From assembly GCF_038025025.1 (NCBI RefSeq), contig NW_027117342.1, positions 1,116,001 to 1,180,000 on the forward strand: DNA of 64,000 nucleotides. Direction: 5' to 3'. This document shows, piece after piece, positions 12,404-26,670 of the stretch. Every line of letters starts with the position of its first letter. The stretch's first letter is position 1. Source of the DNA: Phyllosticta citribraziliensis (lineage: Eukaryota). The translations under genes and the position numbers were made by a program. The notes under the pieces are model-generated. The model did no database searches. It was not told where the DNA came from and saw only the letters and a program-made list of their open reading frames with translations.

Positions 12404-15031
12404 ATGTTAACGACCGCCCGCCGCCCGCAGCCATGTTTGCTCTACAACCCCGTCCGCCGTAGCCTGCCGCGCCCAGCGTGTGCCCTTTTTCACGTTTCCT
12501 CTTCACTCCAACGCGTTGCGGGCGCTCACCGCAGGTCTCCCAATGTCAATATACGCAAACCGCCTCCGGTGGCCTCTCCACAGCTCAAGGACAGGGCCAA
12601 TAACCCCATATTTTTCAAGAAAATGGTCAACGCTCGCCTTCGAGATCAAGCTGAAGATTTGAAAAACACCACTGTCTTCGATGGCATGGGGTTGGACTCG
12701 GCTCGAAAGCATGCAGCCTGGGCTAGTTTTGTGAAGGCCGTCGACAGAGACTTCTATTCTTATGCACGACCTCAAGATGGCCAAGCCGAAGAATTGGGCC
12801 ACATGTGGAGAACACTGCAGCAAGCTTTCCAGGAAAGAGGTCCCACTGGTCTTAACAAACAAATCGAGACAGCCTTCCTAGGCCACCTTGCTGCCAGCAA
12901 ATTAATCGACAAGGACTTGTTCAGCTCCCAAAAGGCCATGGCCGATCTGCGTTATCCCACGGAATGGTTCTCCAAGACTCGGTCCAGCCCGAGGAAAATC
13001 ATCATGCATGTTGGTCCTACCAACTCCGGGAAAACCTATCATGCTCTCAAACGACTCGAAGAACTGGGCGGTGTGTATGCCGGACCTTTGCGGCTTTTGG
13101 CGCACGAAGTCTACACGCGCATGAATGCAAAGGGCATTGTTGCCAATTTGGTTACTGGCGAAGAAAGAAGACGTTCACAACACGAAGGAAACTTGCAAAT
13201 CACGGCCTGCACTGTCGAAATGGTCCCTCTCGCCAGCAAAATCAAGGTGGCTGTCATCGATGAGATTCAGATGATTGGTCACATTGAGCGTGGGTGGGCC
13301 TGGACTCAGGCTGTTCTAGGTGTCCAAGCAGATGAGGTGCATTTATGTGGAGAAGCTAGGAGTGTTCCTCTCATCAGATCACTGGCCGCTTCAATGGGCG
13401 AGGACTTTGAAGTTCGGAATTATGAGCGTCTGACACCCCTGGAAATGGACAAAAAAGCCATTGGACCGGAGCTGAAGGGCTTGCGACCTGGCGATTGCAT
13501 TGTTGCTTTTTCAAAGATGGACATCCACATGATCAAGGCCAACATCCAGAAGAAATACGGCCTTCAAGTGGCCATTGTTTACGGAAGTCTGCCCCCAGAA
13601 ACCCGTGCCCACCAAGCACGCCTGTTCAACGATCCCGACAGCGGTTACGACATCCTGGTGGCCAGTGATGCCATTGGCATGGGTCTGAATCTGTAGGTCG
13701 AGGCTCGCACGAATTCCACTGGCACAAGTTCACTAACACCGTACAGGAGCATCAAAAGAATCATTTTCAACTCGACGTACAAATTCAATGGCTTTGAAGT
13801 CGTGAGGATGTCTTTGCCGGACTTCAAACAAATCGCAGGCCGTGCGGGACGTTTCAAGACTGCGCACGAAGCCAACAAAGATGCCCAGGCTGTCAGCGAT
13901 GGAACCGCAAGTAAAAAAATCGAGAAGCAAAACCCTGGCGGACTCGTAACCGCTGTAGAGCCATCAGACTTCAAATGGATCAAGGCAAACCTGAAAGAAG
14001 AGCCACAACCGTTGAAAACGGCCGGCATCTTTCCTCCGGATGCCATCGTCGAGCGTTTCGCCACATTCTTCCCTCCAAGGACACCATTCAGCTTCATTCT
14101 CCTACAGCTCGTGGGGCTTTCCAGGGTTCATGGTCGGTTCCACATGTGTGTGTTGAAAGAACAACTTGCAATTGCAGATGTTATTCAAAGCGTCGAGGGT
14201 CTGTCAGTGGCCGAGAGACTCACGTTCGCGATTTCTCCGGCCAACACCATGCCGCGATCTAAAAGCGGTGAAGTCCCCCAGGACAACCAGCTTTTGATCG
14301 AGCTTGCCAAATGCGTGGGCGAAAATAAATCTGGGGCTCTGCTTGATATTCCAGGTTTCGGCTTTGAAATTCTGGACGAGCACACGTCGTCCAACCCCAG
14401 AATGAGACTGAGCCAACTGGAAACTCTGCACAAAAACCTCACCCTTTACCTGTGGTTGAGTTATCGATTTTCGGGCATTTTCGCAACTCGCGCGCTTGCA
14501 TTCAAAGCCAAAGAATTGGTCGAGGAAGCGATTGAGAAGCATCTGGAGGAACAGAGCCAAGGAGCTTACCAACTCCTTGCACGGAGGAGAGCTGCTTTGA
14601 AGAGGAGCTCGGAGGCGGTGCAGGAGCGATTCCAGGAAACACTCGATGCTGCCGAGGCCTCCGACGACTCTGGCCCAGTTCTTCCCCAAGGGAGCTTCAA
14701 CGAATCAAATGAAGCCCTTGATGTCCCTCAAGAGTCTGGCGTTAAGCAGGACTCTGAAGCTTCTGAGGGCTCGGAGACCATGTCGAGAGATGCAGACGAA
14801 GAGCCTGGTGTCGACCAAAGTACTGAAGCTCCTGAGGAATCGGGGGCAGTGTCCGGAGATGACGCACACGATTTCTCGCTGCCCGAGGAGTTTGCTGAAC
14901 GCAGCAACCAGCAAGGAGAAGAAATTTCGGAGCCCACAAAGGCTCGATTGCCGGAAGACGGCGCTGACGAAGGTAGCCAGCAAGTAAAAGAGGAGGATGG
15001 ACAAAAAGCCTCAAAGGCCGATTCCTCGTGA
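12404..15031 (+). CDS. suv3: Mitochondrial ATP-dependent RNA helicase Suv3
   Basis: HVGPTNSGKT, YAGPLRLLAHE, VIDEIQM, QIAGRAGR; Arg-rich presequence-like N-terminus; intron 13693-13746. Confidence 0.93.
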
Positions 15032-15502
15032 ACACGATGATCTCTTGGATTGAATTTTACGCCAACATGGCTAGAAGGAACTGGCGTTAAGCGGAGATGG
15101 CGGGTTCAAAAGCGCATGCAGCTCAGCTGTATTCTTACATATTCCCTGTATTTTTAGCCGCGGCAAGCGAGGCATTGACGAAGCAGATAGAAAAAAAGCT
15201 CCACTCTACCTACCTTGCCCGCATCACGACGAGGAAGTGCACGTCCGGGCTTAGGTAAGCGTCTGTGGTGGCGCCGACGGATCAGTCGGGAGCCGGATGC
15301 TGGAAATTGCCCAGCCACGGAGCCACTGCAGCCCGCCGGTTAGGTCAGGCTAGGTCCTAGCGACTCCCGCGCCCAGCCAGACCTTTACAACACCACCGCT
15401 CGCCATCACTTCTCCCTCACACCTGCGACTCCTCTATTCCCACGCCTGCGGACTGTCTGGAGCCACCGAGTCATACGGTCGCGACGGCCGCCTTTTCACA
15501 AC

Positions 15503-16586
15503 ATGGCAGCCACATCACTTTTCGAGATGCCCCGCCCCAAGGTGAGCGCCTACTGCCTGCCCGTCGACCCACGCTCCATGTTCCCGCCGACTGACCTCGC
15601 GCCCACAGACATTTCTCTATGCCATGTCCCTACGAACAGGTGTAGAGCTCATCGTTCTTACCATCCTTGTAAACAAAATCACCGGCTTTTACGGCATCCT
15701 CGCTCTCGCAACAGGCTACCACGTCTCGCCGCTCCAGCTCTCAATGTACATCTACTCCATTCTTGCCCTCTTTTTGACCGTCTACCTCGCGCAATATATC
15801 CGGAAACAAGATCCCCTCCGCTGCCTGGCGCTGGCTTGGGTCTACGCTATCGATACCGCCATCAATGCCGCGTACACGGTCGCCTTTGGATTCGCGTGGT
15901 TCCTGGTGCTGGCGCAGCACCCGCACGAGACCAAGCCCGACGGCGCCCCCGGCGGTCCCGGTGGAAAGATGATTGGCGACACGTCCGGCTTTACGAACCC
16001 CAAGTACAACGTCTCTGAAGTCGGCGTCGTTGCGGAGCCTGCATCAGGCTACAAGGCGGGCCAGGATGCCGTCGCCGCAGGTGTAGGCAGCGCCGATTCC
16101 TTCCCTGCCGCCGGCCTCGGGGGTGCCGTCTTCCAGAGCGGCAGCATCACGAGCATCTCCATCATCAGCGCTCTCTGGGCCGTCCGCATCTACTTCGTCG
16201 TCATCATGCTGGCCTACGCGCGCAGCGTCTTGCGCCAACACATCATGATGACATCCGCCTCGCAATACGCGCTGCACACGGGCAGCCCCTCGGACACGCT
16301 GGCCGAAAACCCCTTTGCCGACTCCCGCGAGGAGGGCCAGGGCTGGCAGGGCAAGCTGGGCCGCTTCATGGTGTCGTTTGGCAAGGAGTACTGGCTCGGC
16401 AGGGACGAGGACGGCGAGTGGATGCGCGGCATGGGCGGCAAGTTCAAGAAGAACACCAGCAGCCTTGAGCCTCCAGGCGTCCACGAGAGGGAGAGGAGGC
16501 GACGGAGTGGAACGGGCCCGCCTGCTCCCCCGCCGCAGCTGCCTAGGATCGCTGGCCAGGACCCTGCTCCCAACGAGAGCCACTAG
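15503..16586 (+). CDS. kei1: Inositol-phosphorylceramide synthase subunit Kei1 (DUF1753)
   Basis: MPRPK|TFLYAMSLRTGVELI..NKITGFYGILALATG..LSMYIYS; several TM segments; intron 15542-15608. Confidence 0.85.
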
Positions 16587-17282
16587 CTGTTTAATGGCCA
16601 CTGCTACAAGACTTGCTTGTGTGCGAAAAATTCTTAGCTTTGGGGACTCGCTGGCGCGACTCGGTGTTTAGAGGAGACGAATTGGATGGTCGTTGCCTTG
16701 GGGTCGATTTTTCCTTTTTTCGTTTGTACTCCTCTTCCTTCCCCCTTTATTGCATCTTTGCATTGGAGCGGCCCGGTCACTCTTGGGATACGATTCGTAA
16801 TGACATTTGGGGCAATCTCCGCCTCTTTGCTGGCAATCTTTCTCTTGCTCTTTTTTGCATTTGAGGTGCGGCTGGAAATACCCTCGCTATGTATGTCGCA
16901 AGTAGTCGATTAATGTTTATCCTTTCCCTTTACGCACTCATGGCTCGACTCGTGGTGGGCTTTGGCTTCGATTGTTGGCTTCTTTGGTCGGCGAGCATGT
17001 GACTTATATGATTCGGGGAAGGTGGAGCATTCGGGTTCTAGTCAAGAGAAACTAGACTATAGTGAGAACAAAGACCACTCTCGTTCAAAGCTTTTCTGCT
17101 AGCATGCAGGAATCTAGCTGTACACAATTGCGATGTCTATTAAGTATTTCTCATCTCAGTCCTCAAGTCTAAATGCCCCCATCATCGGTCTTGTAAGACA
17201 TCGGATTCTATTCTACCCAGATCCGAGGAGCTGGAGTGTCCCTAGTCCACCTCTGCTTCAAGAGACGAATGCTCCTTGAACC

Positions 17283-19518
17283 TCAACCGCGCCCCAACTT
17301 CTTCCTCAAATTCTCGTAGCGCTTCAAGTCGCTGACACTTGGCGTGACGTTTTCCTTGGCTTTTGCAAAGTCCTCCACGGTGACGGTACCGCTCTCTCTT
17401 TCCAGCGCAGTTTGGCCTGCCTTCCTAATCAGGCTGCTCAAGTCGGCACCGCTGAATCCTTCGCAAACACTCGCATACTCCGCAAGGCGTACGTCGATGG
17501 GCGTCTTTCGGAGGAGAGCGGCCATGATCTCCACGCGCTCGTTAGCCGCCGGGAGACCCACATACAGAAGGGTCTCGAGACGGCCAGGCCGCAGCATGGC
17601 GTCGTCAATCATGTCCGGACGGTTGGTGGCCGCGATGACGTAGATGCCTTCGCGGTCGCTGAGGCCGTCGAGCTCGGTGAGCAGCATGTTGACGACGCGC
17701 GCGGATGCTTCCGAGAGGGCGTCGTTGCGTCGGGGCACCAGGGCGTCGAGCTCGTCGAAGAAGATGACGCAGGGTACGGAGCTGCGTGCGCGCATGAAGA
17801 CCTGGCGGACGGCACGTTCCGACTCTCCCACATACTGTTTTAATCATGTTAGTGTTTGTCCATTGGGTGATGACAGGGAGGATTCGTACCTTGTTCAGTA
17901 GTTCGGGGCCCTTGACGCTGATGAAGTTTGCCTTGGATTCGGCCGCCACTGCCTTTGCCAGCAGCGTCTTTCCGCAGCCTGGTGGGCCCCAGAGCAAGAC
18001 ACCGGTGGGAGCAGTGATACCAACGGCCTTGTACCTCTCGGGGTTCTTGATGGGCTCCACGACGGCGGCCTTGAGCTCTTTCCTGATGTCGCCGAGCGCT
18101 CCAATATCCTCCCACGTAGTGTCGGGAATGGTGGCAAAGCCCTCGCGTTTTGACGACGGTTGAATGTGTGGTAGGACTTCCAGGAAGGCCTTCATGGTGA
18201 TGGCTGTGTTTTCGTGCCCAGAGGGCCGCGGGAGGTCGGTCCGCTTGACGCGGTGGATGAGGCGGGTGATGGACTTGTCGACCTCGGAGCATTCCTGCGC
18301 GTTTTCACCTTCGTCAACGTCCATTGCAGCTTCCGTTTCTGCTGCCTGGGCCTCCAGCGCCTCCCTAAAGCGGTCCATTGACCAGGTGCCGGCCTTGCCA
18401 ACTAGGTCCCTGAGGTCGGCACCGACGAATCCTCCAGTCATCTTTGCAATCTGGGCAAAGTCAACGTCGTCGGAGAGGACAGTCTCTCGAGTTTGAGCCT
18501 TCAGGATGAGTTCCCTCATCTTCTCGTTTGGAACGCCCATGTTGATTTCAGTATCAAATCTACCACCTCTTCTCAAAGCTGGGTCAAGACTGTCGGGTCT
18601 ATTGGTGGCAGCCAGCACAATGACGGGCTTGCCCTCGTTGGCTTCCATGGCCAGGCTGTCCATGGAGATGAGCAGTTGAGCGACAATGCGCTTTTCCATT
18701 TGACTCTGTGAAGTATCGCGCTTAGGAGCAATGACGTCGATTTCGTCAATGAAGATGAGGCACGGCGCCTGTTTTCTGGCTTCCTCAAAGTGCTCTCGCA
18801 CCTGCTTTTCAGACTCTCCAGACATGCCAGAGACGATTGAGGGACCAAGGATTTCAATGAATGGAACCCCGAGCTTCGCCGCGAATGCTCTTGATATGAC
18901 TGTTTTACCGCATCCGGGAGGTCCATGTAAGAGGATACCCCGTGGGATGGGTATCTTGCGTGATTCGTACTCTGACGGGCAGAGCAGTGGCAGTACCAAC
19001 ATATCCTTCAACTGCTGCTTAACGTTGTCGACACCACCAACATCCTCGAGTCGAATGTGCGTGGGTGGCGCCGAGTTGATCTCCTCCGTCCTGTCAACCC
19101 TCTTCTTCTTTTTGGGAGGCTGTCCGTCTGGCTGTCGCTCCTTGTCCCTCTTCTTGACGACAGCATCGCTGACTGCGCTCTGTTTTGCGAGGTCTCCGCG
19201 TAGGGCCATGTTCATTGAGTTTGCCGCAGAGGGCTCTTGCTCCGGGTCACCAAAGTTGCCTTCAATAGGTCCCATCTCCTCGTCCCCGCTATCTTCGTCC
19301 TCTTTGATAACCTCGAGAACCCGTTCAATGCTGTCCTCAAGGAGCTTTCGTGGCTTGCGCGCAAGGCTCGAGTTGGAGGACTTGATCCATGTAGAGACGT
19401 CGGAGACGGAGAGAGGATTGCCTGGGCTCTCATCAATGAGCTTGCGCACTATTTGATATATCTCCTTGTCGAGGCCTTGTCTAAGCGACGGGCGCCCTTT
19501 TCCACGCGCTGGGGGCAT
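17283..19518 (-). CDS. rix7: Ribosome biogenesis AAA+ ATPase Rix7/NVL
   Basis: Two AAA modules (GPPGCGKT x2, IFIDEID, IFFDELD), [27 protein letters not shown]; intron 17835-17889. Confidence 0.92.
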
Positions 19519-19877
19519 GGCTTTAGTGCAGGAAAGGACAGGTGGATGGCGAGGGAGGCTCCCTTTGCGAGGATTGAGGTGAGTCAAATAAGAGCAGAAG
19601 GAGGGGAGCCAGGGAGCATTCAACAGGCTGGAGGTTGGCTGGTGGGGAGCAGTCGTGCCTCATGACGACCTCTTGTCCGAAGTCGCCCAAAATTTCGCGA
19701 CAGAGGCCGGGGCCGGGGTGCAGGGATGGCTTATCGATTGGGCGCCACCTTGGCGTGAACATCATCGCGACCCGAGCCGTCGGTGCTGCGCCAGCCCATC
19801 CCACCCCATCTGTTGCTCACAAGCTGTGACTTTTGCCGCAGAAGGTTTATGGATCCGTCCGACGGCATCCATTTACC

Positions 19878-20650
19878 ATGGGGAACACGTCCAGTTCCCG
19901 CAAGATTTCTGCCCAAGACCGGTAAGCTCTGCCCTCTACTCAACACCTGTGCACCCAGCTCACGGACCTCCGCCCGCCCGCAGTGCCATCTTGGACCTGA
20001 AGATTCAACGCGATAAGCTGCACCAGTACCAGAAGAAGATCACGGCCATCACGACCCGCGAGACCGAGATCGCCAAGGAATGTCTGAAGCTTGGGGATAA
20101 GCGACGTGCGCTGCTGGCTCTTAGGAGGAAGAAATATCAAGAGTCACTGCTCCAGAAGACGGACGCGCAGCTGGCACAGTTGGAGATGCTGACCAGTGAC
20201 GTTGAGTTTGCGCTAGTGCAAAAGGACGTGCTCTTTGGCCTACAACAGGGCACCAATGTCCTCAAAGAGATACACAGGGAGATGGGAGGCATTGAGAACG
20301 TTGAGAAGCTGATGGGCGAGAGCGAGGAGGCGCAGGCCTATCAAAAGGTCAGTGACTCATTGCTCGGACAGGGCGTGCCTGAGCTGCTAGCTGACTTTAC
20401 CAACCAGGAAATAAGCGAGATGCTCGCTGGGAGAATGTCGAACCAGGACGAGGACGAAGTCGAAGACGAGCTCGACGCTCTCGAGGCCGAAATGTCTGGG
20501 ACCAAGGTTTCCGAGCCACTCCCAGACGCCCCTACCAAACTTCCCGAAGGAGAAGAAGCATCAGAAGCAACCCGAAGATCGGCTCGAGACAGGGCGCAGC
20601 GAAGGGCCCAAGAGCAGGAATCAAAACAGGCCGAACCCATGCTTGCTTGA
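19878..20650 (+). CDS. vps20: ESCRT-III Snf7-family protein Vps20/CHMP6
   Basis: Myristoylation-type start MGNTSSS; AILDLKIQRDKLHQYQKKI; introns 19922-19983, 20348-20407. Confidence 0.9.
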
Positions 20651-21183
20651 CTGGAATCGCATTGAGCACGGCGTTTGGAGTATCGCGGAGGGCGGATTGC
20701 GCTCGTGGCATTTTTCTGGGCTTCCTGTAAAGATATCCTAACAACAGCAGGAGGATTTGAGCACACCAAAGAATACTGCATTCATCGCCAACCACCCAGC
20801 CATTGCCTCAATGGGCGCACGTGAGAGCGTGGCAGGGAGCTGAGGTGCATGATGGGTATCCTGATGGAGGTGGGGTTGGTCTCGCGGGCGGGCGGCCTGG
20901 CCTTGCTTGCACCCTGCGTCATCGCGCCCGAGTCTCACCCCTCTCGATCTTTTCATGCAGACCTCAGGGTTTTGTCGTTTGCAACAACACTGCGCGATCC
21001 CGGCCATGTCTTGATTGCCCTATGCCCTGGTGTTGCATTTATGACGTTACTCCCGCACCGCGCACGTCCGATCGCCAGGAAAAAGCACCGTCTTGTCACT
21101 GCCCCGCCCCCGCAGTGAAGCTGAGCGTCGAAGCCCAACAATCCAAAGAAACCAAAGACTTTCGGAGCCGACCACACAACATC

Positions 21184-21927
21184 ATGTCCCACCACTGCCA
21201 CGACGAGCATTCGGGCCACGGCCACGGCGACCACGATCATGACCACGCGCACGACCACTCGGACGACATTACGCCGGCGCTGCAGTCGCTGCTGTATGAG
21301 CAAGTCGACTTTGGCGCCGTCAACACGCTGAACGAAGCGGAACCGCGCTCAGGAACTGCCATTCTACAAAAAACATGGGCCCAGCGGCTCGAGTCGGAGC
21401 CGGAACTGCAGAGTGACGCGGACGAGCAGCTGCTCATGTTTGTACCGTAGGTCCACATTCCACAGCGTAGCTTGATAGAGGCTAACGAGATGAACAGCTT
21501 CACCGGCCAAGTGCGCCTGCACTCCATCCTCCTCCGCACATCAACGACAGACTCGGCGCCGCGCACGCTCAAGCTCTTCCTCAACCGCGACGACCTCGAC
21601 TTCAGCACAGCCTCAGACCTCGCACCGGCGCAAACGCTCGAGCTCTCGCAGACCAACGAGGTGCAAGACCTCCCTGTCAAGCGCGCGCTGTTCAACACGA
21701 CGCGCTCGCTGACGCTCTTCTTCGAGGACAACTTTGGCGACGGCGACGAGGACGTCACACGCGTCAGCTACTTGGCCTTCAAGGGCGAATTCATGCGCCT
21801 GAATAAGGAGCCTGTCAATTTTCTTTACGAGGCGGCTGCTAACCCTGGGGATCACAAGGTCAAGGGGACGGCGAGCTTGGGCATGGGGAGTAGCATTGGT
21901 GGGCCAGGTGGTAGAGATGGAATGTAA
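21184..21927 (+). CDS. PITH domain protein (PITHD1-like) with His-rich N-terminus
   Basis: LQSDADEQLLMFVP|FTGQVRL..YEAAANPGDH; intron 21447-21497. Confidence 0.88.
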
Positions 21928-22643
21928 TAGAAAGGCAGTTGTTGAGATCAGGCGTCTGGAGAAGCGATTCTTTGACTTTTGATTGGATGTTCGGGAAGGC
22001 GTTTTCATCATTCGGTCCCCAACAGTGGCTTGGTCTGTCGAGAAGGGGTCAAACCAAGAATGGCTGCATTGTGCGCACCAGCAAAAGGAAAGCAGCCTCG
22101 TGGGATTGCTTGTTGATTCAAGCCCCGGACGCTGTTCAACCACCATTTTTCTTTCTCCAGTGGTTCATGATGGATTCACTCTCCTCTAAAGGAGAGCGCG
22201 GTCTTGTCTTTCTAGAGAACGAGGCGCGGCTGTAAGCCCAGGCAGGTGCATATGGGGTTGGATTGAAGGAAACCTACTTTAAGAAAGTACTTTTTTGCTC
22301 CTCCCATGGCCAGGGTGGTCTTCCTACCCTCGTGATTTCCCCCATCTTGCAGCGCTCAATGGCTGCTTTAGCGCTCCGTGATGTGCACCATGCCGTCGTC
22401 GGAGCCCAAATTTCCCTGTCACGTACTTTCCAGCCTGGCATATCGACCAACATCTGCCTCGCTCAGTCCCGCAACGGAGCTGGCAATTGCTCAAGCGCAG
22501 CCTCCGTCATGAAATCGTCACCATCGTCCTTTTCAGCACTCCATCCCCACGCGCCGACCTCGTATTCCCTGTCTCCGAAGCCCAGGCACGTCGGGCTCAA
22601 CCTTGTCCTCACGCAGCAGCGATGATGATTTCCCAAGCATCTC

Positions 22644-23043
22644 TCATACATGCTTGGTGCCGCCAATGACTTCGCCCCTCACCTTATTCCAGTCGATGCT
22701 GTCGTCGAGCTCCTCGTCAACGAGGCCGCACAGCGTGACGTTGTCGCCGCGGATCAGATACAGGCCGTGCTGGATCTGCTGGCTGGGCTCCGGGTCGTCG
22801 TTGGGCCGGATGATGCGCTCCCACGTGTCGCCCAGCACCAGGTTCGTCATTTGGTCGCAGGAGAGCAGCGTCCCGACCAGCGTCCGCGAGTCTGCTGTTA
22901 TGATGAGGATTTTCTCTGTGAGCGTAGTGATGTTGTGTTAGCTTTGGTTCTGGGTGCGCGTGTTGGATTGATGGAGGGAGGAGCGAGGGACCCGAGCGCG
23001 AAGGTTTAGAAAGCTTACTGTTGACGTAGGATTGGAGAGACAT
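22644..23043 (-). CDS. lsm8: U6 snRNP Sm-like protein Lsm8
   Basis: MSLQSYVN|KKILIITADSRTLVGTLLSCDQMTNLVL..GLYLIRGDNV; intron 22916-23018. Confidence 0.9.
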
Positions 23044-23694
23044 GGTGGCGGTGGTTGCAACAGCAAAGCCGGGCGAGAGATGTAGTTATGGTGTTGCGAC
23101 GGTGGTTTGTGGAGAGGGTGGGCCGGGGCACCCAATCGATCGTGACGTGGATGAAGGCAGCGACGGATTTGTTTTTATGGGCGTGAGGTGAGATTGGGGA
23201 GGAGTTGAGTAGATTGTGGATGCAATGCGGTGTTGATGGCAGCATGTTGCGCGTCACCGCCCGGCATGCCGACGATGCACCATCGATCGCCATCCGAGTC
23301 GGCTTCCCGAACGCCGGTTATGAGCTCCCACGCTTCAGCTGGGCTGTTTGCTCCCCTCGCACTAAATCACGAAATTCTGACGCTGTCACACGGTGATCAT
23401 CTCAAAGGTAACAACTCGTTGGTTGAATTGTAGTCCAATCCCATCCATGTTCCAGAACGCCCCAAAGGATGACCAGCAAGTGCTCTTATGTACAGCGCGC
23501 CTGCCAACCCATCGACGGCCTCAGAGAGCAAAGTCAAAAGCCGCGCCATTTCAATCTGAGCAACCACCTAACCAGCCCGTACGTCACCAGTGCCACCACC
23601 ACAGGACCAACTCATGGAACGCTCCAAGGTATCTCTTTGCTGAGGAAGGAAAAGTCGGAAAAGAGAGAGGTATTGAAAAAGCAATTCTGTCATC

Positions 23695-26670
23695 TCATGG
23701 AACGTACAACCTCGAGTAAGCCGCAACATCCGAACGGCAGCAGACGCACTTGTCAAAGTTCCGAGTGGCGAGACCCAGCCTGCACTCATCGCACAGGCTG
23801 AGACATCCACACGGCCACACCAGAATTGTCCGCGGGCTCGCCTGGCAGACGACGCACTGAGGACCTCCAGAACCCATGCCCTCGGCGCCCGATTCCCAGT
23901 CTCCACTGCTGCCGCCCATGTGCTGTCTCTGTTGCTGATGCTGGAGCTTGGAGTTTCGGCGTTCGAGAATGAAGTGCTCGAGAGCGCGCTCCTCGGCCTC
24001 TGGTGATGGATAACCCTCGCCTTGCGCCATTGCCGTTGCCGCCGCCGAGCTCCGGTAGCCATGGGACGAGGTGAGAAGACGGGCGCGGTCACGTTCTACA
24101 GACTTGCGGTACTGAGCACGTGTCATGACGCCCGTACTGCGGAGGTGCGAGGCTAGCAGCTGTGCATCGTTGCGATCGTCCTCGGTTTTGGGGTCAAGGA
24201 GGCGGGCCAAATGCGACGGATCTATGGGGTTGTCGGCAAAGGGTGTAGACTCGCGCGTGAAAGGGGTAAGTTGACGAGAGTAGTCGGCTTGTGTGGGTGT
24301 GCGACGACCCGACGAATCTGCGTCCACGTCGGACCAGTCCTGGTCATCGTTGGATCCTTGAGTAGTGGTAGAGATGACGCTCGTAGCGTCGTCCGCGTCA
24401 GATGGAGCGATGGAAGGCTCGTAATCGCCGCTATTGTCCAATTCGCCCCACCAGCCACCATTCTTCCACCAGGAGTAGAGTTGAGAATTCAGGCCCTCCT
24501 CTGTCACTTCTTCTCTGAAATACTTCTGTCCATTATACTCGAGCCGCCGTCGAGTTTCCGTCTCCACATCGACCTCAGAATTCGAAGGTGTGGTGAGCGA
24601 GCCGTCTGGCTTGAGATACCAAAAATCGAGTTGCCTGAATTGGCTTCCCTCTGTTTGTTGTGCTTCTGGGGTTTTCCTGATGACAGACTCGCCTCCAGCC
24701 AGACTGACAAGCCACATTGGCCGGAAGGCAATGCCCACCTTTTCAAACAAGGAAATCAAAAGCCTGGCCTGAATGGATGCCAAGAGGACGTGGATTCCTT
24801 TGATGAACTCAAACGTCATGACCCACCGACCACGTCGTTGAAGTAAGCCAACTCCGCTATGCGCAGAGCTCGCCTCGGGCAGCGTCTTTTGGCCACGAGT
24901 CTTCCTCTCCCGAGCATACCCTGAGCGGAGGGAGTTGTCGTCATGCAAAACGTCATTCGACTTGACTCCTTCTGCCACGAAGTCTTCGCGAATCTCGAGA
25001 GGAATGGTGTCTACCGTGCGCTGATGTAACGAGCGAAACCGTGACAATTCCTTGATGCGCTTTTCTTCTAGCCAAGTCATCTCACTGACGCGGATGCGAG
25101 TCCCTTCGTTGAGAAATACCGCCTCGCTGGCAGCTGTGAGAACCGTGAATCCGACCTTGAGCATTGCCGTGTAAAAGTCGTCTCGCCAGTTGATGCTGAT
25201 GGGGGTACTACCCGAAAAGTGAACGTTGGCTTGAAGGTTTCCATGCGCTGCAGTGAATCGCTCCTTTATCGACATCGACTGGCCAGGCTGTGACTGCATG
25301 CTAAGGGCAGTGAGCACCAGAGCCAGCCCGTAGATTATGCCGCATGCTGCAACTCCAAGTACAATCAGCAAGTGTGGCAAAAAGCCAACAATGCACACCG
25401 TCGGCACACGCAGGAATCCCAGGTCAGATATTGAACCCGATTCGTTAGCAGTCGAATCGAGGATGTTGGTCATCCGTATGAAAGCCCATGTGAATACAGC
25501 CATGTAGGCCAGTGCCCATATTCCGGTGTTGACGAGGCGGAAGCGGGACCTCATGTTCAGTATCGCCAGAACGTTGCTGCTCAGATGCCCAAGACAGGAC
25601 ACCAGTGACATGATGATGACCTCCGGAGGGACGTTCAGAATCTGCAAGAGCATGGACCTCGACAACTTCAAGGACATGCCATCTGACCGAGTAATCGAGG
25701 CAGTGGAAGTGCCTAGGTCGAACGGCTTGGTCAACATGGCCTCCGTCTCCGAGTAAGCAAGCGAGTGTTCGAAAATAGTCATGCCAGTCTCAGGCATGGG
25801 CCTTCGGCCCTGCAGAGCACATGAGAGCGTCTCAACAAACTGGCTAAAGCATAGGCTCAAGAATAAAGGCCAAAGCCGAGCCAGAGAGCCCGAGAGAGAC
25901 AAGAACTCAGCCTCGGTCGAGGCCATGTTGACCGCACTGCACGAGGCCAAATCATCTTCCCAGTACAGCAAGGTAGACGCAACCTTGTACACCAACCCGC
26001 CCTCCCCAGCCATGTCGACGGCCAGTGGTTGTTTCGCATCGTGGTATCGTAGCTTGGACCACTGCGGGGATGTTTGGCATCGTAGTGCTTGAAGCAAACA
26101 CTGCGCCTGGTAGAGAAGGACGAGGACCGAAGGCAGATATACGGCCAGGCGAACGCGCCAATTAAAATGCAAGGGGATTCGAGAAGAGGCGTAAAACTGG
26201 GTACGGTTTAAAAGAATGGCCTATATTCAAGATTAGCGCCAAATGGACACTGAGGCAACCGGTTGGTGATCTAGTACCCGAACACATACCACAGTAAAAG
26301 TTGCCAGCGCCCACCTCGAACTCAGATAAGCAAAGACACCACCAGCCTTTCCAAATCGCCACAGGCTATCTAGGCTGAAGTAGCCCTCGGAGCCATCCAC
26401 AGATCTTCCGGATGTTGCAGCGGCTGCCGATGCGCCTGGACCCGGTATAGCTGACGCGCTCTGTATGAATTTCCCAACGGACGACGACGATGACGAAGTA
26501 ATGTTCCGGGTGACGTTGGCCGCAATCGAAGTAGTAGCCTCAGCGATAACAGATCCGCCGGTTATGGCTTTGCCAAACATGCCGTCCAATTGTTCGAGAG
26601 GATACATTGCGATTTGGCCGACGCGGCGGGCCGCGGTCGCCGCTTGCGGCAACGCCCCGAGGATGTCCAT
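23695..26670 (-). CDS. asi3: Multi-pass membrane RING E3 ubiquitin ligase, Asi1/Asi3-like
   Basis: Several TM segments; C-terminal RING CVVCQASPRTILVWPCGCLSLCDECR..CVCCR; intron 26221-26289. Confidence 0.8.

Noticed and set aside
19655..19877. N-terminal extension of Vps20 in the ORF track
   Set aside because: The true start MGNTSSS at 19878 is in another frame and is spliced in
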